Below are positions 9,254-17,900 of a DNA stretch of 58,096 bases, one piece after another. The position numbers and the translations under genes were made by a program. The stretch is from Candidatus Omnitrophota bacterium. Its GTDB lineage: Bacteria; Omnitrophota; Gorgyraeia; Aquiviventales; Aquiviventaceae. The stretch lies in NCBI GenBank assembly GCA_016198905.1, contig JACQHR010000003.1:1-58096 (forward strand). Reading direction: 5' to 3'. How positions within the stretch are numbered: position 1 is the first letter of the stretch; the number at the start of each line of letters is the position of its first letter. The notes below the pieces were generated by a model. That model was not told the DNA's origin. It ran no database searches and was given only the letters and a program-made list of their open reading frames with translations.

Positions 9254-10663
9254 ATGAAACGGCAGGCGTGGCTCATCCGAGTCCTGCTCGCGGGAGCATT
9301 GGTGTGGACGCAGGCGGCTTCGTTGTGGGCCGTCCAGACCACCGCTCCGACGGCGGCGACACCGGCAAAATCGGATTCGAACGAAGAAATCTACAAGGAG
9401 CTCGATCTCTTCGAAAACGCGCTTTCGATCGTCCGCTCCGATTACGTGGAAGAGCCGCAAGCCAAGCAGCTCATCTATGGCGCGCTCAAGGGAATGCTTG
9501 CCACGCTCGATCCCTACAGCCAGTTCCTCGATCCGGATAGTTACAACGAGCTGAAGATTGACACGGGGGGAGAGTTCGGCGGCCTCGGGATTGAGATCAC
9601 CATCAAAGATGACCTCTTGACCGTCATCTCGCCGATTGATGATACGCCGGCCTACGACGCGGGCATCCTCGCAGGCGATCGCATCGTGAAGATCGACGGG
9701 GAGCTCACCCGCGGCATTACGCTGATGGACGCGGTGAAGAAGCTGCGCGGCAAACCCAATACCGATGTGAAGCTCACGATTCTCCACAACGGAGAAACGG
9801 AACTCAAGGAACTGACGCTCAAGCGGGCGATCATCAAAATTCGGAGCATACGCGAAGCCAGCATCCTCGATGATCATATCGGCTATATCCGGCTCTCCGA
9901 TTTCCGCGAGCATTCCACGGAGGACATGGAAGCGGCGATCAACCGCCTCAAGGGCGAGCAGATGGACAGCCTCGTCTTGGATCTGCGCAATAATCCCGGA
10001 GGCTTGCTGGATGTGGCGGTGTCCATCGGCGAGCTCTTCCTCGACCGCCAGCAGGTGATCGTCAGCACGAAAGGCCGCCTGCGCAACCAGAATCAGGAGA
10101 TGCGTTCAACCAGGGATGGCTCGCTGGACAACATTCCATTAGTGGTGCTCGTGAATGAAGGCTCAGCGTCTGCGTCAGAGATTTTAGCCGGTGCCATCCA
10201 AGATCATCATCGCGGCGTCATCCTGGGCATCAAGTCGCACGGGAAAGGCTCGGTGCAGACGATCTTTCCATTGAAGGACGGCAGCGCCTTACGTTTGACG
10301 ACGAGTAAATGGTTCACGCCGGATGGGCGGCCGATTCACGGCAAGGGCATTACGCCGGACGTCGAAGTGCCGTTGGAGCGCCGCAAGGAAGAGAAGACCA
10401 GAGAGCAGAAGGCGCAAGAGCTCTTTGACCGCATCGAGGCGGGCGAGAAGCTCCCCGAAACTCCGGCGGATACGTCTGAGAAAGAGGACAAGGCCAAATC
10501 CGAAACCCCGTCGGAATCCAAAGAGACGCCGCCGCCCGCCGCCAAAGGAAAAGAATCGGCGGCGGATCGGATCCGGACCGACAGCCAGCTGGCGCGCGCG
10601 GTCGATTTGCTCAAAGGCTTGAAGGTGTACCAAGGCAAGGAGAAGGCTCACGCGCTCAACTGA
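9254..10663 (+). CDS. ctpA: Carboxy-terminal processing protease (S41) with PDZ domain
   Basis: NEGSASASEILAGA and GKGSVQ motifs, PDZ (GDRIVKIDGE). Strong SD GGGAGGTGGGGGG before ATG 9254 and a signal-like N-terminus. Lys/Glu/Pro-rich C-terminal extension. Confidence 0.88.
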   Translation: MKRQAWLIRVLLAGALVWTQAASLWAVQTTAPTAATPAKSDSNEEIYKELDLFENALSIVRSDYVEEPQAKQLIYGALKGMLATLDPYSQFLDPDSYNELKIDTGGEFGGLGIEITIKDDLLTVISPIDDTPAYDAGILAGDRIVKIDGELTRGITLMDAVKKLRGKPNTDVKLTILHNGETELKELTLKRAIIKIRSIREASILDDHIGYIRLSDFREHSTEDMEAAINRLKGEQMDSLVLDLRNNPGGLLDVAVSIGELFLDRQQVIVSTKGRLRNQNQEMRSTRDGSLDNIPLVVLVNEGSASASEILAGAIQDHHRGVILGIKSHGKGSVQTIFPLKDGSALRLTTSKWFTPDGRPIHGKGITPDVEVPLERRKEEKTREQKAQELFDRIEAGEKLPETPADTSEKEDKAKSETPSESKETPPPAAKGKESAADRIRTDSQLARAVDLLKGLKVYQGKEKAHALN

Positions 10664-10687
10664 TGATCGCGTGGCTTCAACAAGACG

Positions 10688-11803
10688 GTGTCTTGCGTGA
10701 CTCCATCAGGAGGCCCGATCCGCATTCTGGGCATTGAGACGTCGTGCGACGAGACCGCCATCGGGATCGTCGAGAACGGACGGACGCTGCTCAGCAACGT
10801 GGTCGCGTCGAGCCTCTCACAGCACAGCCCGTACGGCGGCGTCATTCCGGAGATTGCGGCGCGCGCCCACGTCGAGACGATCTGGGATGTGCTCACCCAG
10901 TCGCTTGAGCAGGCCCACCTGACGCCAACCGAGATCGATGCCGTCGCCGTCACCCAAGGGCCCGGCCTTCCCGGCGCGCTGGTGATTGGCTTAGCGTTCG
11001 CCAAAGGACTGGCCCTCACGCTGGATCGTCCCCTCATTCCCGTCGATCACCTCGCGGCCCATCTCTATGCGGGCCACATGACCGATCCTGAGCTCGAGCC
11101 GCCCTATGTCGGGCTCGTGGTCTCCGGCGGCCACACGCTGCTCTGCGTCGCCCATGCCGACTGCCGCTTCGAAGTGTTGGGCGAGACGAAGGACGATGCC
11201 GTCGGCGAAGCCTTCGACAAAGTGGCGAAGCTCCTGGGGCTGGGCTATCCGGGCGGGCCGGCGATCGACCGGCTCTCCGAGCAGGGCCAGGCGGTCAAAA
11301 ACGCGTTTCCCCGGACGCAGACGAAAGGGACGTTTGATTTTAGTTTCAGCGGGTTGAAGACCGCCGTGTATCAGTATGTTGAAAAACGGACACAAGACTC
11401 AGGACACAAGACTCAAGTATCTGCACCTGACAGTGTCGATCTCCAGTCTCCAGTCTCCGGTCTCCAGTCTCGTGTCTCAGGTCTTGGGTCTCAACAAATT
11501 GCCGATATTGCCGCGACGTTTCAGGAGACGGCGGTCGATTTCTTGGTGATGAAAACGCTCCGGGCCTGCCAGCGCACCGGCATCACGCGCGTGGTCGTCG
11601 GCGGCGGAGTCGCCTCGAATCGTCGGCTGCGCGCGCGGTTTGCCGAGGAGGCGGGCACGCACAAGCTGCGCGTCGTGTTTCCACCGCCCGCCTTATGTGT
11701 GGATAATGGCGCGATGGTGGCCGGCATCGCCTTTCCCCTGTTGCAGCGTGGCCGCGTGGCCTCGCTCTCGGTCAAGAGCGATCCTAATTTATGTCTCGTA
11801 TAA
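10688..11803 (+). CDS. tsaD: tRNA N6-threonylcarbamoyladenosine synthesis protein TsaD
   Basis: 371 aa, GTG start. ILGIETSCDETA, VVSGGHT and VVGGGVASNRRLR motifs. Carries a ~35-codon in-frame repeat cassette. Confidence 0.9.
   Translation: MSCVTPSGGPIRILGIETSCDETAIGIVENGRTLLSNVVASSLSQHSPYGGVIPEIAARAHVETIWDVLTQSLEQAHLTPTEIDAVAVTQGPGLPGALVIGLAFAKGLALTLDRPLIPVDHLAAHLYAGHMTDPELEPPYVGLVVSGGHTLLCVAHADCRFEVLGETKDDAVGEAFDKVAKLLGLGYPGGPAIDRLSEQGQAVKNAFPRTQTKGTFDFSFSGLKTAVYQYVEKRTQDSGHKTQVSAPDSVDLQSPVSGLQSRVSGLGSQQIADIAATFQETAVDFLVMKTLRACQRTGITRVVVGGGVASNRRLRARFAEEAGTHKLRVVFPPPALCVDNGAMVAGIAFPLLQRGRVASLSVKSDPNLCLV
11390..11494 (+). repeat. Composite heptamer cassette in frame inside tsaD
   Basis: ACACAAGACTCAGGACACAAGACTCAAG (11390-11417), 22-nt spacer, (TCTCCAG/TCTCCGG)x4 (11440-11470), then CGTGTCTCAGGTCTTGGGTCTC (11471-11492), roughly complementary to the first arm. 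Translated as TQDSGHKTQVSAPDSVDLQSPVSGLQSRVSGLGSQ. Confidence 0.9.
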
Positions 11804-11808
11804 TCTCA

Positions 11809-11882
11809 GGGGCAAGGGGCGAGAGACGGGGGGCGGGCAACGTGCAAGTTCTCCGTGCCCCACGCCCCACGCCCCACGCCCC
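11809..11882. repeat. Heptamer hairpin cassette, GGGGCAA..GAGAC..(CCCCACG)n family
   Basis: GGGGCAAGGGGCGAGAGACGGGGGGCGGG, loop, then GTG(CCCCACG)x3CCCC. Ends 9 nt before the mgtC ATG. Confidence 0.85.
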
Positions 11883-11891
11883 AGCATCCAT

Positions 11892-12542
11892 ATGACAGAC
11901 TGGATTGTGCTGCAGCGCCTCCTCTTGATCACCATCATCGCGGGCGTCATCGGCTACGAACGGGAGCGTCACGGGCGAGCCGCAGGGTTCCGGACGCATA
12001 TTCTGGTGGGGATCGGATCGTGCGTTATCATGCTCACCGGCCTCTACATGATGCAGACCCTGCCGTCTGTCGATCCCACGCGGATGGCGGCACAGGTGAT
12101 CAGCGGGATCGGGTTTCTTGGCGCGGGGACGATCCTGCGATTTCGCGCTTCGGTTCGAGGGCTGACGACCGCCGCGAGTCTCTGGGCGGTGGGCGGCGTT
12201 GGGTTGGCGGTTGGCGCGGGATTTCTCAACGGCGCGGTCATCACCGGCTTGATTGTCATGCTCGTGCTCTTCGGCTTCTCTCGACTCGAGCGCGCGATGC
12301 GGCGGGACTGGTACCAAATCCTCGTCGTGGAAACCTCAGATACCGTGGGAGAATTGGCGCGCATCCGGCGGCTGCTGGCCGAGCATGACATCGAGATTCG
12401 CGACGTCGACGTCAAGCCAGGGTCGCAGCCCACGATGATGCGACTGGAGTTTCAGGTCAAGATGCTGCCGGATCAGCCGCGCGAGGACATCGTGCAGCAG
12501 CTTGCCCAGGCGGAGCATCCGGTGAAGGCGTATTGGGCGTAG
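11892..12542 (+). CDS. MgtC/SapB family membrane protein
   Basis: IAGVIGYERERHGRAAGFRTHILVGIGS plus further TM segments and a soluble C-terminal domain. ATG 11892 chosen over the ORF-track start at 11640, which reads through the repeat. Confidence 0.85.
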   Translation: MTDWIVLQRLLLITIIAGVIGYERERHGRAAGFRTHILVGIGSCVIMLTGLYMMQTLPSVDPTRMAAQVISGIGFLGAGTILRFRASVRGLTTAASLWAVGGVGLAVGAGFLNGAVITGLIVMLVLFGFSRLERAMRRDWYQILVVETSDTVGELARIRRLLAEHDIEIRDVDVKPGSQPTMMRLEFQVKMLPDQPREDIVQQLAQAEHPVKAYWA

Positions 12543-12547
12543 GGGGC

Positions 12548-13117
12548 ATGAGCGTCGGGGAGACGGGCGCAACCAGGAGGCGGGACATGGCACTGCGACG
12601 GCAGCGACAGGATGAGCCCGAAGGTGAGCGGTGGCTTGAAGTCGACGCCAGCATGACCGGGACGATGACGTTCAAGGATCCGGTCAACCTCCAGATCAAC
12701 GGCCAGTTTGAGGGGACCTTGGATACCAAGGGCAACCTGTCTATCGGAGCCAAAGCGCTCGTGAAGGCGACCATCCGCGGCGAGGCCATCACGATCAGTG
12801 GGACCGTCGAGGGTAATATCACCGCGACGAGCCGGATCGAGTTGTTGTCCACCGCACGGGTGACGGGCAAGGTGTCGAGTCCGCGCGTGGTCATGCAGGA
12901 TGGCGCGATTCTGCAGGGTGGCGTGGAGATGCTGACGGCGCGCGAGGAGCACCCCTGGATGACCGTTGAGGAACTCGCGCGGTACTTGGAAGTCGACGCG
13001 AACACGGTCATCCAATGGGCGCAGGGCGGGCGATTGCCGGCGCAACGAGAAAATACCGAATGGCGGTTCGATCGCACGAAGATTGAGGAGTGGTTGGCGC
13101 ACGAGAAGATCAAATAG
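12548..13117 (+). CDS. Bactofilin-domain protein fused to a C-terminal excisionase/MerR-type HTH (HTH_17-like)
   Basis: Beta-helical bactofilin repeats (INGQFEGTLDTKGNLSIGAKALVKATIRGEAITISGTVEGNITATSRIELLSTARVTGKVSSPRVVMQDGAILQGGVEM), then WMTVEELARYLEVDANTVIQWAQGGRLPAQR..WRFDRTKIEEWL. Start uncertain: TTG 12533, ATG 12548 or ATG 12587. Confidence 0.75.
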   Translation: MSVGETGATRRRDMALRRQRQDEPEGERWLEVDASMTGTMTFKDPVNLQINGQFEGTLDTKGNLSIGAKALVKATIRGEAITISGTVEGNITATSRIELLSTARVTGKVSSPRVVMQDGAILQGGVEMLTAREEHPWMTVEELARYLEVDANTVIQWAQGGRLPAQRENTEWRFDRTKIEEWLAHEKIK

Positions 13118-13121
13118 ACAC

Positions 13122-13213
13122 GTTAAGCCGGTTGCGCCGGTTCTGCCGGTTGCGCCGGTTGAGTTATGTGACGCACAGGCCAAACGGGCTTAACAGGCAA
13201 AACGGGCAAACGG
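13122..13213. repeat. Heptamer hairpin cassette, GCCGGTT family
   Basis: GTTAAGCCGGTTGCGCCGGTTCTGCCGGTTGCGCCGGTTGAG ... GGCCAAACGGGCTTAACAGGCAAAACGGGCAAACGG. The same family occurs at 24362-24450. Confidence 0.8.
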
Positions 13214-13218
13214 ATTAG

Positions 13219-13530
13219 ATGGAAAAGCTTTGGACGACCACGGAAGCGGCACAGTGCCTTGGGATTCATGACGCGGATGTGGAACAGCTGGTCAAGCAAG
13301 GCAAGCTGATCGGCTACAAGCTGGGAGGACAGTTCTTGCGTTTTCGGCCGGATCAGGTGGAGGCGCTGAAAGGCCAGATTCGCTTCCGCCCGAATCCGTC
13401 GAAGGCCATGGCGCGCCGCGCTGACTCGTTTGCGAGTCAATGCCGCGACTTTTTCTACTTCTACGATTTTTACATCGTCTCCGCGACCCTCTTGGCGGTG
13501 GTCGTGATTTATCTCGTGGCTTCGGGATAA
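13219..13530 (+). CDS. Small HTH_17-type DNA-binding protein with C-terminal transmembrane anchor
   Basis: WTTTEAAQCLGIHDADVEQLVKQGKLIGYKLGGQFLRFRPDQVEAL, then a hydrophobic tail FFYFYDFYIVSATLLAVVVIYLVASG. Confidence 0.6.
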   Translation: MEKLWTTTEAAQCLGIHDADVEQLVKQGKLIGYKLGGQFLRFRPDQVEALKGQIRFRPNPSKAMARRADSFASQCRDFFYFYDFYIVSATLLAVVVIYLVASG

Positions 13531-13572
13531 GCGGGAAGCGTTCGCGCCACGCACCTCGGCACACCCATCACC

Positions 13573-14331
13573 ATGCACGAGACACAACTGCGACGATGGA
13601 TGCGCGACGTGCGCAACGGCCATCGTCGGCCTCACGAGCTCCTCAATGAGCTCAAGCGATTGCCCTTCGAGAATCTCGATGTCGCCCGTCTGGATACGCA
13701 CCGGCGGCTGCGGCGCGGGCTGCCCGAAGTGGTCTTTGGCGACGGCAAAACACCGCAGCACCTGATTCGGATCATCCGCCGGATGGTGCAGGCCAAGGAG
13801 CTCGTGCTCGTCACGCGGCTCGATCCTCACGTGTTCGCGGACATCCATCACGCCATGCCGCAGCTGCGCTATGAGCCGATGGCGCGCTTGGCGTATGTGC
13901 CGCAGGTGGGGCGCCAGACGCGTCGCGGTCTGGTCGTGGTGGCGACGGGCGGCACCTCCGACATGCCGATTGCGGAAGAAGCCTCGCTCACCTTGGAGCT
14001 TTTGGGCAGTCGCGCGACGAGACTCTACGACGTCGGAGTGGCCGGCGTGCACCGGCTGCTGAGCCAATGGCGCGTGTTGCAGCGCGCCCGGGCCATCATC
14101 GTCATCGCCGGGATGGAAGGGGCCCTGGCCAGCGTCGTCGCAGGACTCGTGCGGTGTCCGGTGATCGCCGTGCCCACCAGCATCGGGTACGGCTCCAGTT
14201 TTCACGGACTCGCAGCGTTGTTGACCATGCTCAATAGCTGCGTGCCGGGGATCGGCGTCGTGAACATCGATAACGGATTCGGTGCTGCGTATCTGGCGCA
14301 CGTCATCAATCAGCCATCCCGGCGGCGGTGA
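13573..14331 (+). CDS. larB: LarB-like pyridinium-3,5-biscarboxylic acid mononucleotide synthase (PurE/AIR-carboxylase fold)
   Basis: 252 aa. LDTHRRLRRGLPEVVFGDGKT N-domain plus VVVATGGTSDMPIAEEA...IVIAGMEGALASVVAGL...VIAVPTSIGYG. Confidence 0.8.
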   Translation: MHETQLRRWMRDVRNGHRRPHELLNELKRLPFENLDVARLDTHRRLRRGLPEVVFGDGKTPQHLIRIIRRMVQAKELVLVTRLDPHVFADIHHAMPQLRYEPMARLAYVPQVGRQTRRGLVVVATGGTSDMPIAEEASLTLELLGSRATRLYDVGVAGVHRLLSQWRVLQRARAIIVIAGMEGALASVVAGLVRCPVIAVPTSIGYGSSFHGLAALLTMLNSCVPGIGVVNIDNGFGAAYLAHVINQPSRRR

Positions 14332-14362
14332 TGCCTCGCAGCACCGTCGGCATGAGCGGATC

Positions 14363-14752
14363 ATGAGACGGCGCCTGCACCGTCGCTCGTATCGTCAAGC
14401 CGGCCGGCTTGTGCCGACGCCCACCGGTGGGTTGCGCGCCTCAACCGTCGTCCTCACGCCTGGAGCGGTGATGGACTGGCACTCGACGAAAACCCGCGAA
14501 GAGCTGCTCTTGGCGCACCGGGGTCGCCTCTGCCTCGAAGTGCGCGTAGCAACACGTCGCACGCTTCGTCGCCTACGCCTCACCGCAGGGCAATGCGCGT
14601 TTCTTCCCGCACGGACGTGGCATCGCGTGGTCAATCGTTCGTCCTCCTTGGCAGCCTACACCTATGTGACCGCCTCAGCAAAACATCGACGAGTGATGAA
14701 AAAGGTGGCCACGTGGCCACGTGGCCACACGGCCACGTTGATCATCAGATGA
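14363..14752 (+). CDS. Cupin-domain protein
   Basis: [32 protein letters not shown]...[19 protein letters not shown]. The C-terminal tail [17 protein letters not shown] is encoded by the GGCCACGT repeat. Stop overlaps the next ATG (ATGA). Confidence 0.6.
   Translation: MRRRLHRRSYRQAGRLVPTPTGGLRASTVVLTPGAVMDWHSTKTREELLLAHRGRLCLEVRVATRRTLRRLRLTAGQCAFLPARTWHRVVNRSSSLAAYTYVTASAKHRRVMKKVATWPRGHTATLIIR
14704..14740. repeat. Tandem self-complementary GGCCACGT(GG) units
   Basis: GGTGGCCACGTGGCCACGTGGCCACACGGCCACGTTG. GGCCACGTGGCC is itself a 12-nt palindrome. Confidence 0.85.
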
Positions 14753-16620
14753 GTACGGTCATGGCCCCGTTGCGCGCCGAGGTGGTGGCCGCGCGATTGC
14801 GCGACCTTGGCATCGCGACCCCGCAGCAATTGGACCAGGCCAAGCAAGAGCTCGCCAACACGCAAGAGCGGTTTAGCGTCATCCTCGCGCGGGCCGGGCT
14901 GTTGCGCGATGCGGACGTTGGGCGGCGCCTGGCAATCCAGCTTGGCGCTGTGCCGCGGCGGCTTGAGGAACGTCCTGTCCCTGTCGAGTCTGCGGCGACC
15001 ATTCCCGCCACACTCTGGAGCAGTCATCGGCTCATCCCGCTGCGTCAACTCGATGGCACACTGTTGGTGGCGACGGATGATCCGCTTTCCGTGTTCGCCC
15101 TCGAGTTTTTTGCTCGACGCTGCGGCTGCCCGCTTGAGGCGATTCTCGTCAGCGAGTTAGAGTTCGCATCGCTTCTCGACACGTCGACGACGGCATCAGG
15201 TGAAGAGTCATCGCGGACACCGGCAGCCCCCACGCCGGCAACCCCCGTCGCGACGCGCGCTCCAACTGAAGCCGCACTTCCTCGACCGGCAACCGCATCG
15301 CAGGCGCCGTCGACAAGCGGCGCCATTGCGGGGCAAGCCGCCGGCGGGACGGCTCCTGCCCCTGTGCCGGCGCGCCGAAGCCCTCCGACGATGCCCACCG
15401 CGAGTCCCGCGACAGGCAAGATGAGCACGGCTGATCGCGGCGCGGCATCGACGTCGGCCGAAGACGCGCCCATCATTCAGCTGGTTGACTCGATGCTGGC
15501 TGAAGCGGTGCGCATGCGGGCCAGCGACGTCCATCTCGAAGCGGGCATGACCCAGGTGCGCGTGCGCTATCGCGTGGATGGCGTGTTGCGGGACGTGAAC
15601 AACCCGCCCAAAGCGCTCCATGGACCGATCATCAGCCGGATCAAAATCATGGCTGGATTGAATATCGCGGAGCGGCGGTTGCCGCAAGACGGCCGGCTGC
15701 AACTCTCAGTGGAAGGCCGCCCGCTCGATGTCCGCATCTCGACGCTGCCGGCCACCCATGGAGAATCGATCGTGATGCGCTTGCTCGATCGCAGCCAACC
15801 GATTCGCGGACTGGCGGAAATGGGTATGGCGCCGCAGGATCAACGGGCATGGGAGGAGCTCATTCGCCGGCCGCACGGCATGGTGCTCGTCACCGGGCCG
15901 ACCGGCTCAGGAAAGACCACGACCCTCTACGGGGCGATGGTGTTGTTGAACCAGCCGGATCGCAAGCTCATTACCGTCGAGGATCCGGTCGAGTATCAGC
16001 TCACGGGCATCAACCAAGTGCTCGTCAAGCCCTCCATTGGACTGACCTTCGCGGCCGGGTTACGGTCGATGCTGCGGCAAGCGCCCGATGTCATCATGGT
16101 GGGTGAAATCCGCGACCAAGAAACCGCGCAGATCGCCATCCAAGCCGCGCTGACGGGCCACCTCGTGCTCTCGACGCTGCATACCAATGATGCGCCCTCC
16201 GCCATCACGCGGCTGATCGACATGGGGATCGCGCCGTTTCTGATCGCGTCAACGGTGCAGGGCGTGCTCGCTCAGCGGCTCGTGCGCCGCATCTGTCCCG
16301 CGTGTCGGATCACGGATAACGCGACGCCCGAGGAGCGCGCATTCCTGGGCACGCCGGGTGTGCTGCAGATCATCCGCAACAACGGCTGCGATCAATGCCG
16401 CGGCACCGGCTTCTTTGGCCGCGTCGGCATCTATGAATTGCTGGTGATGAGCGAAGGGTTGCGGCAGCTCGTCGTGACCAAGCCGACCGCCTCCGCGATT
16501 CGCACCCAGGCGTTGAAGGAAGGCATGCACGACATGCGGGAGGATGGCGTGGAGAAAATCCGCGAAGGGATGACGACCATGACGGAAGTGCTCCGCGTCG
16601 TCTCGGAAGGGGAGGCGTGA
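14749..16620 (+). CDS. GspE/PilB-family secretion ATPase with N-terminal T2SSE_N-like domain and Ala/Pro-rich linker
   Basis: Walker [36 protein letters not shown], tetracysteine CPAC...CDQC. About 100-aa low-complexity linker. Confidence 0.9.
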   Translation: MSTVMAPLRAEVVAARLRDLGIATPQQLDQAKQELANTQERFSVILARAGLLRDADVGRRLAIQLGAVPRRLEERPVPVESAATIPATLWSSHRLIPLRQLDGTLLVATDDPLSVFALEFFARRCGCPLEAILVSELEFASLLDTSTTASGEESSRTPAAPTPATPVATRAPTEAALPRPATASQAPSTSGAIAGQAAGGTAPAPVPARRSPPTMPTASPATGKMSTADRGAASTSAEDAPIIQLVDSMLAEAVRMRASDVHLEAGMTQVRVRYRVDGVLRDVNNPPKALHGPIISRIKIMAGLNIAERRLPQDGRLQLSVEGRPLDVRISTLPATHGESIVMRLLDRSQPIRGLAEMGMAPQDQRAWEELIRRPHGMVLVTGPTGSGKTTTLYGAMVLLNQPDRKLITVEDPVEYQLTGINQVLVKPSIGLTFAAGLRSMLRQAPDVIMVGEIRDQETAQIAIQAALTGHLVLSTLHTNDAPSAITRLIDMGIAPFLIASTVQGVLAQRLVRRICPACRITDNATPEERAFLGTPGVLQIIRNNGCDQCRGTGFFGRVGIYELLVMSEGLRQLVVTKPTASAIRTQALKEGMHDMREDGVEKIREGMTTMTEVLRVVSEGEA

Positions 16621-17900
16621 TGCCCGACGATCCCCGGCTGAACGTGCAGGCGATCGCGGAAGCCTTCGCGCAGGCCGGCGCGGGCGTGGGGGCCGATGCC
16701 ACGCTAGATAGTACGCGGCTCGTCGAGATGGCCAGCCAAGCCCCCGTGGTGCGGCTCGTGGACGTGATCTTGTTCGAAGCCGTCAACCGCCGCGCCTCCG
16801 ATGTCCACATCGAAGCCTTTGAGAAGGAGGTGTCCATCCGCTACCGCATCGATGGGCGCTGTTATCATGTCGCCCAGCCGCCCAAGAGCCTCGCGTTTGC
16901 GATGGCCTCGCGCATCAAGGTGCTGTCGAATCTCGATGTCGCGGAAACGCGGCTGCCGCAAGACGGCCGGATCTTGTTCACCGTCAACAACCGGCAAATT
17001 GATCTGCGCGTCTCGACGCTGCCGACCATGTACGGCGAGAGCATCGTGCTGCGCGTGCTGGATAAGGGCGCATTGGATAAGACGCTGGCGCAACTCGGCA
17101 TGGAGCCGGCGATGCAGGAGACGATCGAGCGGCTCATCGCGCGTCCGCACGGGCTGCTGCTCGTGACCGGACCGACCGGAGCCGGCAAGACCACGACGCT
17201 CTACGCGTGCTTGACCACGCTCAATACCCCCGAGCTGAAGCTCATCACGACCGAAGATCCGGTCGAGTACGACATCGGCGGGTTGGTCCAAGTCGCGGTC
17301 AACCCGAAGATCGAGCTCAGTTTTGCGACGTGCCTGCGCGCGATTTTACGCCATGATCCCGACGTGATCATGGTCGGCGAGATCCGCGACCAAGACACCG
17401 CGCAGATCGCGATCCAAGCTTCGCTCACCGGCCATCTCGTCTTCTCCACGCTGCACACGAACGACGCGCCGGGTGCCGTGACCCGGCTGCTCGACATGGG
17501 GTTGGAGCCGTTTCTCATCACGTCGACCGTGACCGGGATCATCGCCCAGCGATTGGTGCGCGCGCTCTGCCCGCAATGCCGGGTGCCGTATCAGGCCACA
17601 CCCGAAGACCTCGCTGCGCTGCACGTGCCCGCGGGCGACATGCCCCAATCGCTCATGAAAGCGGTGGGATGCGAGGCGTGCCAGGGGATCGGCTTCAAGG
17701 GGCGGACCGGCATCTATGAGCTCCTCGTGATGACGGATACGCTGCGTTCGCTCATCATCGAACGAGCGAGCGTCAGCGACCTCCGCGCGCGGGCGCGCGC
17801 GGAAGGGATGCGCACGCTGCGCGAGGACGGCATCAAGAAGGTGTTGGCGGGGGTGACAACCGTAGAAGAGATGATCCGGGAGACCCAAGACTATGAATAG
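16620..17900 (+). CDS. Second GspE/PilB-family secretion ATPase (no long N-domain)
   Basis: [39 protein letters not shown]...CEAC. GTGATG overlap with the preceding gene. Confidence 0.9.
   Translation: MPDDPRLNVQAIAEAFAQAGAGVGADATLDSTRLVEMASQAPVVRLVDVILFEAVNRRASDVHIEAFEKEVSIRYRIDGRCYHVAQPPKSLAFAMASRIKVLSNLDVAETRLPQDGRILFTVNNRQIDLRVSTLPTMYGESIVLRVLDKGALDKTLAQLGMEPAMQETIERLIARPHGLLLVTGPTGAGKTTTLYACLTTLNTPELKLITTEDPVEYDIGGLVQVAVNPKIELSFATCLRAILRHDPDVIMVGEIRDQDTAQIAIQASLTGHLVFSTLHTNDAPGAVTRLLDMGLEPFLITSTVTGIIAQRLVRALCPQCRVPYQATPEDLAALHVPAGDMPQSLMKAVGCEACQGIGFKGRTGIYELLVMTDTLRSLIIERASVSDLRARARAEGMRTLREDGIKKVLAGVTTVEEMIRETQDYE

Noticed and set aside
13123-14364. Long antisense ORFs, for example 13123-14364 (-) 413 aa, 45953-47206 (-) 417 aa, 5410-6396 (-) 328 aa, 38580-39611 (-) 343 aa and 21748-22686 (-) 312 aa.
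   Set aside because: Each lies opposite a confidently identified + strand gene (larB, hemB, hisH/hisA, the metE N-like gene, polA/coaE). Their translations are Arg/Ala/Pro/Gly-rich low-complexity sequences with no recognisable motifs. This is the usual stop-codon-poor antisense artefact of GC-rich DNA.
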